64,000 nt of DNA from the human T2T-CHM13v2.0 reference genome, Homo sapiens, in assembly GCF_009914755.1 (NCBI RefSeq), contig NC_060937.1. One strand, given 5' to 3'. Each line of letters opens with the position of its first letter. Position 1 is the first letter of the stretch. The notes under the pieces were generated by a model. That model was given only the letters and a program-made list of their open reading frames with translations. It was not told where the DNA came from and did no database searches. Shown piece after piece: positions 13,801-31,488 of the stretch. Made by a program: the position numbers and the translations under genes.

Positions 13801-16729
13801 ACAGTAGAATTATAAGCAAAAAAAGAAAATAAACATAAATCAGACTGGATGAATAAATGGATAGATGGATGAACAGAAGAATGGATGGATGAAGAAATAG
13901 AGATACACAAATAATGAAAACAAGTTAGCAAAATGTATTTATAATGCTTCCCAATTCAATGTTTCTGAAACATTGAAATTATCTATTTTAATCAAGTAAA
14001 GTTTCTTATTGTGGATAAATTAAAATTTATTTTTCTCCCATACCTAATTATCCCAGTGATATTCCTTTCAAATGTCTGTATGATCTAATTCACTTGACAT
14101 CCCCCAAGCAAAATCTAATTAATTTTATTTTTGTCCCTTGCAATTTCTTATTTTATTATATTATTTATATTATTACCTTTTAGGGGTTTCTTTTTTAAAA
14201 ATGTCTTACTATATGTGTTAGTGAAACATTACCTTTCATGCGCCTTTCTAGCTCATGACGCAGGGTCCAGGTGCATGGCCTGGTGTAAACACTGTAAGAA
14301 AAATCTATTATTTGCTTCGATAAAAGTGACAACATTTTTAGAGTATTAAACTAAACTTTCCAGAAGACCTAACTTTAATCCTCAAATATCTACTTGCACT
14401 GAGGTACTGAGTATAATCTCCTTGTCCTCATTTCCCTCATTATGCATTTAGAAGGTTGTTATAGATCTCGAACTCTAACTAAAGCTACCAGTAAATCTAT
14501 GTGCATAACTGATAAAGCAGACCCACCCTCTCTGTATATAGATAGTAGGAATACTTTTTGCTAGAAAAATAAAGATTATTTCAACTTTTGTTAAAAGGAA
14601 GATTTCAGCATGCATGTCTTAATCATTACAAGACAGTGAATATTTGTGATGTAGTGTTGATTAGTGTAATAACATACCTGTTTTTACCTAACAGTAAATT
14701 TTAGTAAATAATTTTTTCAAAAGCTTTTTTATAATTACTTTTCTTCTCGTGAGTAAATTTATATTCTAGGTTTTCTTAAATAAATAACATGGTTTTTATT
14801 GTTGATAGTGGTGATACGGTAGTGGTATTATTTTTGCATTATTTATAAGTTTGCTCATGAGAGACACAAGTAGGAAAGACTTCAGGGGAGATGATTTTAT
14901 AGCTTAAAAACATCAAAAATCCAGCTTCTTTTACTCTTTGCTTGGTCAGCCACAGTGTACATTGATGCCTGGCTTCTTATTTATTTACAACATGTTGCCG
15001 TCAAGACCTGGGGCAAGATGACACTTCACACTTATTCAGCAAAACTGGGAGTTTGAGTTCTTGTGAATTTCTTGTAAGAGCTAAAAATGTTCTATTCTCA
15101 GAATCCGTCTTCAGACTTTGCCTGTTCCTTAATTGGTTGAAATTTTGTCTTAGGTGCACAATTCCCAGGTAATTATAATTGTTTTAGAGCAACCAGATGA
15201 TGTGTAATAGGTAAATGTTGAAGTGTCAATCAAAATGTTTTCTATTTTTCTATATAAGCCATTACAAAATATTTCTGCTAATTATGCTAGCTACTCTTTC
15301 TAGCTAAAGCAGACATATAACCATTCCCTGTCTTGGTTTCTTTTATAATGTCTAGAGCTTTGGTTACTGCAGATAAACAACATCCCTTAATTTACCTTTG
15401 AAAATAATTCTGACATATTTTTGAAAGATAAAGATATTATTTTTTTCCAAAAGATTTTGTTATACTATTAACTATTTATGTGATGTTTAGGGCATTACTG
15501 TAAATTTACTTTCAGCTCTAAAATTCTTACTCTTTAAACATATTCTGGTTGTCTCCTGGCTTTGTTTTGGATATAGAAAAATCACATTTCTTATGGACAT
15601 GTAAGATCACTATTAATCAGAATACAGAGGTGTTTTTCACTAGGTTATGTGTTATAAATATCTGAGTTTAAAATTTTATTTGTTATCTCCTATGCCAAAG
15701 TGACTGGGAGAGCCAGACAAGAAAATCTTTAAGTGTGATAAGACACATATAATTTTTTCATACAGTAGTTAATACATGTGCAAAGATAAATATACTAAAA
15801 CTAGAAAGAAACACACTAAAACCTAAGTACTTTTATAGAAACAATAGAATATTACAGTTTTATATTACTGGATGATTGCCTCAGATATTTCTAACCTCTG
15901 AAAACATTTTGCCCTTTATAAATAACTCATACCTTATTTTTTACATTTTAACCCTATACATTGGTGATTTCTTTTAGGTTTTGTCATTTTCTATGTTTTT
16001 ATATGTATAAAATAACTTTCGTATTGATAAGGTAAATGAATAGACTTTGCACTCATTGGCTGATTGACTTAAGATATTAACTGTTGTATTCTGATTTATG
16101 TAGTCTAGTAATTGATTTTCTTGATGAATATGGCAGTGTTTATTTATGGGCTTATTTGTCTAATTATGTTGATAAAGTCTGCAATATCTTTAATTCAGTG
16201 ACAGAGAATATGAAAGATCTATATTGTGAATTCAGTGATAGAGAATATGCAGATCTATATGATCTGTTGTAAATAAACAACATGGCTGAACCCACAAGTG
16301 GAATCATGGTATTCATATGCAGGATAGTCTCCATGCACTTTCTATGTGCAACTGAACAACCTTTGAGTTTATGAAAAATTAGCAGGATAGATGAGGGAAG
16401 CAAGGCAGATTAATCACATTTTGATAAAATATCCACTTTTATTAATAGGTATGTTTTCCAGCTTTCTAAGTGAGATTTGTGATAGTTGAGAGGACCCTCT
16501 TATCATAAGGTACTAACAAAGGATCAATATGCTCATTTTCTACCTACAGAATTGACCTCAAAAGCATGCGGCCTTGAACGTCTAAACAAAATACCATTAT
16601 TCCCAGGATTTAGAATGGTCAATAAAAGGCAAAGATGATAATTTGTGGCTATATCTATATTTATATATCTCTCTCTCTTCTTTCTCTTTCTCTCTCTCTC
16701 ATATATATATGAGAGAGATCATATATATA

Positions 16730-17520
16730 TGATATGAGAGTGGGACAGGGAAGTGCTGGGTAGAGAAGGGTGGGGTCCCCAACAAGGGCTCCACCCTTGA
16801 GCCTGTGCCCACGGACCTAAATGAGGAGAGGCATTTCTGTTTTCTGGCCCAAAAAGGTGCCTTTTGGCCCACCCTGCCCCCCATCCTGCGCCCATATAAA
16901 CCTGAGAGACCTTAGTGGGACACACAAGTGGCTGGATGTTGAGAGGAGCAGAAGAACACATCAACAGACAGCAGCAGACACTGGCAGGCCATCTACGTTG
17001 GAACGCTGCAGACAAGGATGGAAATTTGGCTGGTGGCAGTCGGAGGAGGGTCTGGCCACTGGGTGGCCAGACTCCAGGGGAAGACCACCTTTCCACTCCA
17101 TCTCCCTCCTGGCTCCCCATCCACCTCCTGAGAGCTACTTCCACCACTCGATAAAATCTTGCAGTCATTCTCTAAGCCCAAGTGTGATCCAATATTTCTG
17201 GTACACTAGGGCAAGGACCTGGGATACAGAAAGCCATCTGTCCTTGCAATAAGGCAGAGGGTCTAACTGAGCTGATTAACACAAGCTACCTACAGACAGT
17301 AAAGCTGCAAGAGCACACTGTAATATGCCCACTGAGGCTTCGAGAGCTGTAAACACTCAACCCTAGACACTGCCGTGGGGTCAGAGCCCAAAAAAATCAT
17401 CCCCACGACCTGCCCATCTGCATGCTACCCTGAAGGGTTTAAGCAGCAGGTCACCAAAGAAGCAAGCCACAACCCTGTCGCATGCCCCGCGAGGGGAATA
17501 AGGGAACTCCTCCCATTTAA
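16730..17520 (+). mobile_element. ERV1-class solo LTR (LTR27/LTR28/LTR1 group)
   Basis: Starts tgatatgagagtgggacagggaagtgctgggtagagaaggg and ends gggaactcctcccatttaa (decayed ...gtttca). TATA-like catataaa near 16893; 4-bp TSD tata/tatg; locally GC-rich. Confidence 0.8.
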
Positions 17521-17599
17521 TATGTATCTGTCTACATCTGTATCTCTATTTCTAAGTGTACCTCCCCGTCTTTCTATCTGTTGTTTATGATCTCTCTAT

Positions 17600-18574
17600 T
17601 TAAACGTATATTATTTTCATGTTGAAAGTAGTTTGCAGACACGGTGACCCATTAGTCTGAATAAGTTAATGTCTATTATTTATGAAAAAAGGCATCAAAT
17701 ATTACAACTAGGAAATTAACTTGGAAATAATACTAATAATGACCTGCAGACCCTATTTAAATTTCACCAGTTTCAATCATGTCCTTCATAGTAAAGGGAT
17801 CCAATATAACATTGCACATTACATTTATTTATAAACTCTTTTTACTCATACAACCGAGAATAGTATTTTAGTCTTTCCATTATTATCATGAACTTAATTT
17901 TTTGGGACTACTGAAACATTTTAGACAATGCTCCTATTATTTGACTTTGATATTTCATCACGATTACATTCCATTTAGCACTTGTAGCAAGAATATCACA
18001 GACATGATGTGTGTTCTCCTTCCACATTATCAGCTGATGTAGGATAACAATTTGCCCTATTATGGAAGATGTTCACTTTGATCAATAAATTTCTGTGATA
18101 TATTCTAGGTGTCCTCACTGTTAATTTACTCATTGTCTTTTTTCAAATTAAAAGTATTTTGTGGAGAGATAATCTGTGACTACATAAAAATTCTGTTCTT
18201 CACATTTTCACCCATTACTTTGGGCATCCATAGATACTATTCCATATCAGTTGTTGCTAGATAGGTTACCAAACTGTGATTTTTCTAATTTCATAATGCC
18301 TATACCTTTATTATTAGGCATGGAAGGATTTTTTTTTCTTCTCTCATGTCCTTTGGCATGTGTCTCTCATTCTTTGACAATTTGATTATTTTCTGACACA
18401 GCTAAATATTTCAGGCTTATCTTATTTCTTATTTGGCCATTTCTCCAAAGAATCTGTATTTCTTATGGTAGAAAAAATATTTAGAAATGCAAGATCTCAG
18501 CACTAGATTTTCTTATTGTTGCTAGGTGGTTACTACTTCCAGACTTTCTTAGTGGACAGACCAAGGAGATATAG

Positions 18575-18617
<43 letters not shown>

Positions 18618-18800
18618 GTATATTTCTGTCTGCACTTATCTACATGTATTGAAAACCATTACTTCACACCGATACCTCCTACTTTATTCCAGAACCATAT
18701 AGTCCATTTGTCTCTGATTCTTTATTTGTAACTCCCTTCTCTGACAGTGAGAAACTTTACTTCTGTTTTTTTCCAAGTCTTTATATTTTTGCTCAATCCT
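17600..18800 (-). mobile_element. Old L1 3' region, L1MC4/L1MC5-like
   Basis: ggaaattaac...ctgcagaccctatttaaatttcaccagtt...gggatccaat and ggccatttctccaaagaatctg...atttagaaatgcaagatct resemble the antisense L1MC 3'UTR. Confidence 0.65.
18578..18615. repeat. (CA)n microsatellite
   Basis: About 19 CA units, read directly. Confidence 0.96.
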
Positions 18801-20968
18801 CCTCTACCTGCCAACCCTGCCAGGCTATTTCTTCACTCAGCTTTAACAGTCAGGCTGTCCTTTACCGCATTTCTTGTTCCGTTACAAACATTGCTGGGCT
18901 CTTGACTATTAACTCGTGGCTATGATTCAGAAGGCCATCTTCAAAAAAAGATCATGGAAGGAGAAGGGCTGTAATGTCTTTGCCTCCCCTTATGTTTTTC
19001 TCTTTGTAGCTATTATTTTTGATATGATTCTTAAAGTTTGCTTCATCTTTATTGTGTTGGTCTTAGTTTTATGGAGAAATATTAGAAAAATTGCTAGCAA
19101 AATAGGAAAGTTCAATCTCTAGCAAGGCATAAATAATGTTATAGGAAATTGAAACATTCATTTACTTATTCGGTGAACGTATGTATATATATTATAGATA
19201 TATTTATACATAAAATGTATGTACATAATATAAAATATATGGTGACCTATAAGTGTATATGTATGTGTATATCTTACTATATAGCTTAGATTTATAGGTA
19301 TATATTATATGTGTACACACACAGAGAGAGATAAAAAAGACAGAGATAGAGGCGTACAAAGAGAGACAAAGAGATCAACAGAGACATACAGACCATCTTC
19401 TATTGTCCAGGAACGAAGACATAAAATGACACATAACTTCTCTAAAATCAAGTAGCTAAAGAAAATTGTATTTAGATATCAATGTCATTGCCATACTTTT
19501 AAATACTATCTTTTAATGATTGATAGTTTATATATTTATCTTGTCATAACTAAATTAATTTTTTAATTGCTTTAAAACTTCATATAAAATTAACTCACTA
19601 TCCAAAATTTATTTCATTTATTATGTCCTTGGTTAAAAAAAAGGAGACCAAAATAGGGACAGAATACTGTCTATTGTTGAGACAAAGTAAAATAATAGTG
19701 ATAATGATAATCACCATGATAATAACAATTAAAATAAAAGCTTTAACTAAACAGATTCTCTATGTATAATTGAATTGACCACACTTCTCTTGAGAAGAAA
19801 TCTACTGAGTATCTTTATGTAGGAACACACATAAGAATAGCTTATTGCCTTTCTGATTGTTCATTTCCTTTTTGAATAGGCAGAAAATTATTATCAATAT
19901 AGAACTCTGTCTTTGAAGGTAATTTTAATCACCAATCACACATATAGTTTGTAAATTACCCTGAAGTACAATTCCACAGTACATAAGAATTTAATAAACT
20001 TACTAAGACAGGTCCTTAGTGTCAGATAAAATACAATACTTACAGATGAAATTACTTTTCATGCTATAGTTGAGGAAAGGCTAAGCAATTTCCTACAAAC
20101 AGTTATTATTGACCACTCTGATGGTAGCATGTGCTAAAAAGAAATTTATTCGTCTATTTTAAGCCTCTGGATTTTCAGTTTATAGTCTAACACCATCCCT
20201 ATATTTGATTTCTATTAAGCTAGGAGATGAAGCAGATTGAATATTTTCAGAGACCATTAAATAGGCATTTAGATTTTGTTGTTAATTCAGACTTGACATA
20301 CTGCAATACTAATACTACAAAAGGTGACTTGTTTAGAATGCTTATTGCACTTTTTTATGTCTTGTTTCTGATTTTGGGAGAATTATTTTTTCCTCTTATC
20401 AATGTGATATAATTATGTGGCTCCCATGTTAATGAAATGATTATGATGATGCCACAAAGTAACTAGATATTATAGTCTTTTTTTCATAAAACTTTGAAAT
20501 TTGCAGTTTGGAAGACTGAACAGTGAATGAAATTTAGTCACTGTTTATGTAAGTCATATTTTACAATTGTAGCTTTTATTTGCAAGTTACATAATAAAAA
20601 TGTAATAATAACCAGCAATGATTTTGTTAAACAAATTGATGAGTAACATATATTTATTGTTTTCAATGTGCAAGAACTTTTCTACCCCTTTTGATAACTA
20701 TTCTGTCCATTGTATAATAAAAGGAATCTCAAGTACACAGGTGGTAAATAACTCATGTAAGGTCAAAAACTAAATTTAGAGAGATGGAATTCAAAAATAA
20801 TAGGTCATCATGATTAAACATTAGTCAACATATAGTTATTCAGCATTGAGTAAGTAAATGTATATTTTTGATATAATGTAGTTATTATTGCTTAAGATAA
20901 TGCTTTTTATTTATTTTCCTGTTCTGTATAGAAATTGCATTTCTAAAAACTTATTCTCATCAACTATC

Positions 20969-21360
20969 AGTATTAGTTACCTATTGCTATGAAAAATTAA
21001 CAAACAGTGGCTTAATATAATGCAAATTTATATTATCTTTCAAATTTATCTTATGGTTCTGGAGGACAAAAGTTTTCAATGGTTTTCGCTGGAATAAAAT
21101 CTGGGGCTGTGTTCCCTTGAGAGGGTGCACTAGAAAGTCTGTTCCCTTGTGTTTTCTGGCTTCTAGAGGCTACCTGTATTCCTTGGCTCCTGGCCCATTC
21201 TCAATCTTCAGTCACATAAGCAGGACCCCGCTTCCATGGTCACATCTCCTTCTCTGACTCTGACTTTTCTGCTTCTTTCTTATCTGGACACTTGGGATTA
21301 CATTGGGTGCACCTGGATAATCCAGGATCATCTCTTCATCTCAGGATCCTTAATTTATCG
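20969..21360 (-). mobile_element. MaLR LTR, MLT1C/MLT1D-like
   Basis: gtattagttacctattgct...ggttctggagg...gcttctagaggctacctgtattccttggctc...gattacattgggtgcacctggataatccaggat. Confidence 0.8.
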
Positions 21361-22174
21361 GAAAAGTTCTGCATTTTCAATAAAGGGAGGGAAACAAGTG
21401 CACACATTTTGATATGTGGACGCAGAGTATAAGATACAAATATCTAGGATGGATTTGATATACTTTCTAAATGTTCACAGATTACAAGTTTGCTCTTTGA
21501 AAACATGAGTCAAGCAAATAGATGATAAAATACTTATTTTTTTCTTAAAAAACAGAAAGTAGCTTTATTCTTATAGAATTTTATTTATTTCTATAGAATT
21601 TAGAAATAAGATTTTCCTTCTAAAGAAGACTGAGGATTTTGAAAATCACCACAATATGTGCCAAATCACTGAAAGAACACAGACTGCCTCCCTGACAAGA
21701 ATCAGTCTTAGTAAATGAATGCATGTTATTTAATGAAGAACGTGCTAATAGGAGAGGAAGATGTTGAAGGATACTTAAGTGCAAAATACATAAGATAAAT
21801 ACTGCATATTATGGTATGTGTCCGTCTCCACTCAGGGAGGTAAAATGGCAGATGATTTCACTATTTCTAGTATTAAGTGCATCTCTATTAAGATAAGTTC
21901 TTATAGCTGATCCACACAAAGAGGTTTCTAACGAAATCTGATTCCAAGGGGTGAATAACTTAGGTAAGATTTTTCTGTACCCCATAGTTATCACATTGTT
22001 CATTGTAAATATTTAAATTTGAATTCTAATTTATAGAATGTAGAATAAATATAAATCTAGTTTATATGATGGGATGTCAAGCACAAGTTATAAATGATAC
22101 AACTATTCTCAATAAATCAGGAAATTAAAGTCTTTAAGCCTCCAACCTTAGGGCTAGACTTTAAAAATTGGTGA

Positions 22175-24808
<2,634 letters not shown>

Positions 24809-25228
24809 AAAAATTGGTGAATTCCTGACAATGAAAGCCACTTTGAATGTTGTCTAGGAGATGAATTCTCCTGACATCATCTTTATTTCACTAGATATGT
24901 ATTGTCAAATGTCTATAATCTTTACCTTTGCAATGACAACAAATGAGAAAATACTGCTCATACTAACATTAGGTAGTCTCTGATTTTCTGTTGTATTTAC
25001 TGAATATTAATATTTGTTAGTTGATATATATTATTGATATTTAATGTCCATTTGTTAATATCCATTAATTAATCATTATCCATTCATTAATCATTAGAAT
25101 ACATACATAGATGCACATGTATGAATAAAAATGACCAAGGGAAGTAATATTTTCATTATAGGCCATTTCTCAGAAGAAAGACATTTTCCTCTTTTGAGAC
25201 ATACAAAAAATACATTTTTAAATAGACT

Positions 25229-25546
<318 letters not shown>

Positions 25547-28500
25547 CTAAGTCTTTAATTTTAGCTTATATATAAATTTAAGACATTTATATTTATTTGA
25601 GAGTCCTCTGGGTTAATGTAAATATAAGGTGGATATATTGATATGAAGGTCTTTAATGTACTGCCAGCAGCATTTGGCTTCAAAGGTAATTCTCATTGAT
25701 GCTTTGGAATTATCAAATTAGGAATAGGATTCCTTTTTAAACTTCTGCTATATGTCCTAGAAATAAAAACTTGAAACCTTCAAATCTCCTTTAGACAACT
25801 ATAGTACTGATCAGGTTCCACTCTGCTAGGCTATTTTAGGAAGATGTGGTCTATAGCTAACTCGTCAGATCTGAACTTCTATGCATAATTTATTTGACAA
25901 CAAAGATTTTGATGTTTTATCAATTATATCTCCATCTTTTAGGATTTACCTCACAATGCACAGGACAAAGAACAGCTAACTCAGGCACATGAACATATGC
26001 ATGGTTTAGCAGCATTTATCAAAAGGACTTAGCATGCGACCTATGAAGAACATTTTTGTCTAGCTGGCTCCCAGTCCCTTCTTACTCATTCAACTTCACA
26101 TCAGCCTTTCTCCTTGATTGCTGGATTTACCTTTTATATCCCAATTCAAAATACTCCTGGAGTTTGGATATGTTATTCCCTATAGCTTAGCCCTACAGCT
26201 TACCTGGATTCTGCTTCTAAGTTGTTGACAAAGCTGGATGCTGATCGTATTCAAGTACTACAGGTACTAGAAAACAAGCAAACCCAATATATTAGTTTGT
26301 CTGCAGGGATAGCATTTTGAGATACTAAAGCAATGTGATATAATCATATTGTAATATTTGTGCATTATAGATGTTTGTTTTTAAAGTGCAATCATAATTT
26401 TAACACAAAAGATATTCAGTGGCAGTAATGCTAATTTTAATATTTTCACATGTAAAATAAAAATTGTTATAAACAGTGATTTATATATTCCAAATAAAAA
26501 TTCTTATAAAATAAATGACTTTAAACCTTTTTATAGTTTGACATTTGGTGAAAAGATGTAAACATATTTGACCTATACTTCTGTAGTAGCACTGATGTTC
26601 ACTGATTCCTGTATATTTTTTACTTAATATACAGGAATTATTAAAACATATTTAATTAGAAGATTTTATGACATCCAAGAATGATGGAGATATTAATTAT
26701 TTTGGTGTCATTGAGTAACATATTACATGCTGGTCATACTCATCAGACTATTTAATATTTACAAAATAATGCAAAATGCAGCTGAAGAAAACATATTAAA
26801 ATGACACATTTTAAATTAATTATGAGAACTCATTTGTGATATTTTACTTCCATCAGAATATAACAATATAATCATGACATTTAGGAACATTGATGTATTG
26901 TCACTAAAGCCTAACCTACATTTAGAGAAATAGTTATTTTTAAAGTACTTCCAAAATCTGTACAAACAGGCAATTTGGAAAAAAAAAGTAAACCCTTTTG
27001 AGAAAGCAAAAACTCCAAAAAAAATTACAATGGTCTTCAAAAAAATTCACAGCACTTAAAGAGGCTATAATTTTGAAAACACTTAGAATATTTGAGAAAG
27101 TCATTGAAAGAAGACAAAAGAATTCTCAACATCTACTGGATCAAGAGTCAATAAAGCATTAGGAAATCCAGCTTTATTGTAGTCCGTTTCCCACTAACAA
27201 AGCAATTTGTAGGCTGGAAATGATTTGTAGTGCATTGGCTGCCTAAACAAATTGCAGAGGCAATAATCCAAGGTTCACATTTGAAGATATTGGCACTTTT
27301 TCTGAAGTTAAATGCAGTGAAGCCTATTACATTTGTGTCTTATTAACCAGCGTCAAATAGGGCTATGAAGCACTTTGTTCTCACTTTACAGAAAGTCCTA
27401 GAGACATTATTTTGCTGCTAAAAGATTTGTCTATTCCACATTGTTTGGTAAATTTCCATTTTCTACAATGAATAAAATAAATAGGATTTTGAAGTGTGCA
27501 TAAAATGAAAGAAAACAATTGCATAGTGCTTTATTTCTTTAATCAGACAATGAAAAATGGCTTAAAACCTAAATGTTACATACCTATATCACCCCAGGGA
27601 TTTGAGGATTTAAAGTGGACAATTGGGATTAAAATTAGAACTGAACTAATTTTAGATAATGAATTTGCTTTTAATATCGGTAAACAAATTTTAAAAATGA
27701 AGTAGTATTACTCCTATGGTTGTCTATAAAATGATGTAGAAATAATAATATCTTTAGAATTTTGCAATTTTAAAGGGCATATTTAATTGATTCCTATAAA
27801 TCAAGATTAAAAAGCACTCATTTTATTGCCCACGAAACATAAAACCTCATTGGAAAACTTGCTATTAATTCCTAGGAAAACTAAAGAAATAACATAGATG
27901 TCATAAACTGAAGTTTAGAGAACAAAAACTTCCTTTTATTAGTTGTTTTAGGCTTCATGGAGGTACCAGTAACGTGTTGTAGGTATCTTAGTAAGTTTTC
28001 CTTGCTACAGAGACATATGGATTATTCAAGAGATGAATTTTGAGATCAGAATTACCTGGCAGAAACTTTAAATCCAACATCTTCTTGAATATAACATATA
28101 AAAATTATTCACTTTTTCTGAATCTCAGAAATTCTTATGGGATAAATAGCCCTAATCCTTGCTTTAGAGAGCTACTGAGAGTGTTGAGATATAAAGTATT
28201 ACATCTGATGCTACATTGTAACTTTTCTCCACAGAAGGTATTCAGGGACATCTTTTTCTCTTTCTGTGCACTATGTTGAGTCTTAACTAGTGCTCTTTCC
28301 AAAGCATCTCAAATTTGGGAGCCATCCTGTATGCATTTTTTTAGCCCTAATAATAATGTAGACATTTTCATTAATTATACATTGAATGAACAAGTAAATG
28401 GATGCATTGAATGAATGAGTGTTTAAAATGAAGGCACTTAGATCTTTATAATAAAATATAAAAGATCTTAGAAGTAATTGGTGTAGTAATTATTACACTT

Positions 28501-29489
28501 ATCTTTGCCTCCCATGACTCTCATTAATCCTTCTAACAATAACAACAATGAAAAAATACAACTGGTATCTGATATGACAAAAAGTACATTTTGTGTTGAA
28601 TACATTTATATTTCTATAGGCATCCAAATAATGCTTACTAACTTTACAAAAAATACTGATATCCATTCTACATTATTTCTTTTGTTCAAAAAATACGAAG
28701 ACAGCTAAGCCAAGTTCTCCTCATTTAGCAGCTGAAGCTTTTATGATCAAGAGAATTTAATTCCTTTTCCTTTGTTCAGACAGGTAATTAATGGCAGAGC
28801 CAGAGACTTGTCCCCAGCCTCTTGGAACGTAATCCTTCGTTGCATTATTCTTTAGAGTACTCTAGTTCCCTATTTGGACCTTTCTTCTCAGTAACAGCAA
28901 ATACAAAGATGAAGAATGAATGGATTTGGGTGCACTGATTGTCAAAGCTTTAGTGAATAACCCAAGTGTTCAAAGCTTTCAGAACTGTTCTGGTGAACGA
29001 ACATTCTCTGAAAGTTAATGACATGTTATTTTGTTTCCTTATAAATTATTGAAATGCCAGCGTACAACACTCAAGAGCTTAGACACAAAGGCATTATGTA
29101 GACATAGCTATAATAAGACAACACAATTTTAACTAAGAAGGCTTAGTGTGCCCAGTTTAAAAAAGAAAAAGTAGTGTTGTCGAGTTTTTATTTTTAAAAT
29201 TCTAGATATTATGAAAGCAAAAAAGAAACAATGTTAGAAAAACATAAAAAATAAAATTACTACTACTTTATAAGTAAAAGCTGTTTCAGAGACCAAATGG
29301 CAAAAAAAGAAACTTTGATAGAATTTGCATTATTTATTGCATAATAAAAAGGCAATATTTATGTATTCAAAGAGTTCACTATTTAGAGATGAGAATAAGT
29401 ATGTGACAGTCTTTAACATATTTGTCAGAGATTGCTATGTGTTTGTTAATGATATGAAGTGTTTTGTAAACATTACTGCCTTTAATCAT

Positions 29490-29675
29490 TACAACAACCC
29501 AAATAAGTAGCTGCCATTATTTTCAAAGAATCTGACAAATTGAGAGGTCAAGTAAGTTGTCCAAGTACCTTAGATAATCTCTGACTTTGGTAAGGTTCAA
29601 AGTGGTTAGTTTGACTTCGGAGTGGTAGTATCTAATCATTCATGCTCAACTGCCTCTGAACCACTATGCTATCCT
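29490..29675 (-). mobile_element. MIR SINE fragment
   Basis: tttaatcattacaacaaccc...aaattgagaggtcaagtaagttgtccaagt resembles the antisense MIR core. Confidence 0.5.
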
Positions 29676-30029
29676 CTGGTAAGCTATAAAACAATCATGA
29701 TAGAAACTATGATATAACACAAACACAAATAAAATAATAAAGGGATGCAGGAAAGCATCAGCTCTTTCCAACTGGCCATAGTGATAGCTCAACAAAAGTA
29801 GTGGCACTTATAATTGGCTTAGAAAATCCACATGCAGGAAAGAGAGAGAGAAAACAAATCTTGCATGAACAAATGCATGAGGAAAAATTATTCATAAAAT
29901 GCCTCCATCTACATGGTAACAACAGAAATATCTTGCTAAACGTCATTTTCTAAACTTAACATTTAGATATATTACTTGCTATTTTTTCTATAACATACAT
30001 GATTCAATATAACTACCTAAGTATTCCTT

Positions 30030-30315
30030 TATATACTCATCACAGACACTGAGACTTATATGTTCCAAGTTGTATTCCTAAGTGAGTAGGAAACAGAAAT
30101 CAAAGATGCAATTCTTACCCACATAAAGTTTAAAGTTTTGTGGGGGATGCAGACAAATAAAACTGTATATGTAATTTATTTGTGATTTGGTAGAAGTCAG
30201 TCCAGGATTTTTGAAAGTTTAGAAGAATTAACACAAACGCACCAAAGGATCAGGGAAATATTCGTGGAGAAAAAGATCCTGAAGCAAATACTGAAAGAAA
30301 ACTAGGAGTAAGACA
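30030..30315 (-). mobile_element. L2 LINE 3' fragment
   Basis: actgagacttatatgttccaag...ttcttacccacataaagtttaaagttttgtgggggatgcagacaaataaa resembles the antisense L2 tail. Confidence 0.5.
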
Positions 30316-30689
30316 GTCAGCTTTTTCTAAATTTCAACTTTCAGTTTAGATATAGGGGGTACACGTGCAGTTTTTTTCCATGGGAATATTGCCTTGTGCT
30401 GAGGTTTGGGGTATGGATCTTGTTACTCAGGTAGTGAACATAGTACCCAATAGGAACTTTTTCAACCTACACCCCCTCCCTCCCACCTCTAGTAGACCAC
30501 TGTGTCTATTATTATCATGTTTATGCCCAAATGTGCTCAAAATTTAGCTCTCACTTATAAGTGAGAGATGTAGTATTTGCTTTTCTGCTCCCGTGTTAGT
30601 TCGCTTAGGATTATGGTCTCCAACTGCACCCATGTTGCTGCAAAAAACATGATTTCATTATTTTCTATGGCTGCATAGTATTCCATGGC

Positions 30690-30788
30690 ATGTGTGTGTG
30701 TATGTGTGTATATATGTGTATATACATATATATATAACATGTATATATGTGTATATACATATATATATATATAACATGTATATATAAC
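30690..30788. repeat. (TG)/(TA) compound microsatellite within L1
   Basis: Read directly; includes a duplicated tgtatatatgtgtatatacatatatatataaca unit. Confidence 0.85.
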
Positions 30789-31488
30789 ATTTTCTTTATC
30801 TAATCTACCACTGATAAGGATCTGGGTTGATTCCAAGTCTTTGATATTGTGAATAGTGCAGCAATGAACATAAAAGTGCATGTGTCTTTTTGGTAGAATG
30901 ATTTATTTTCTTTTGGGTATACATTCAGTAATGAGATTGTTGGCTTGAATGATAGCTGTTTTAAGTTCCTTGAGAAATCTCCAGACTGATTTCCACAGTG
31001 GTTAACTTACATTACCAACAACAGAGTATAACAGTTCTCCTTTCTCCACAGCTTTGCCAGGATGTGATGATTTTTTGACTTTTTAATATTAGCCACTCTG
31101 AATGGTGTGAGATAGTATCTCATTGTGGTTTTGAGTTGCATCTCTCTGATGATTATTGATGCTGAAAATATTTTCATATGTTTGTTGGCCACTTGTATGT
31201 CTTTTTCTGAGAAGTGTCTGTTCATGTCATTTACCCATTTTTTAATGGGGTTATTTGATTTTACTTGTCAAGTGGTTTCAGTTTCTTATAGATTCTGGAT
31301 ATTAGACATGTACTGGATGCAGAGTTTGTGAATATCTTCTCCCATCCTGTAGGTTTTCTGTTTACTCTGTTCATAGCTTCTTTTCCTGAGCAGAAGTTCT
31401 TTAGTTTAATTACATTCCACTTTTCTACTTTAGTTTTGATTGCAAATGCTTTTGGAGACTTAGCCAAAATTTCTTTGCCAAGGCTAAT

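Noticed and set aside
16699-17590. Cluster of overlapping 60-150 aa ORFs on both strands
   Set aside because: They lie within a GC-rich LTR where stop codons are rarer, and I see no recognisable protein motif.
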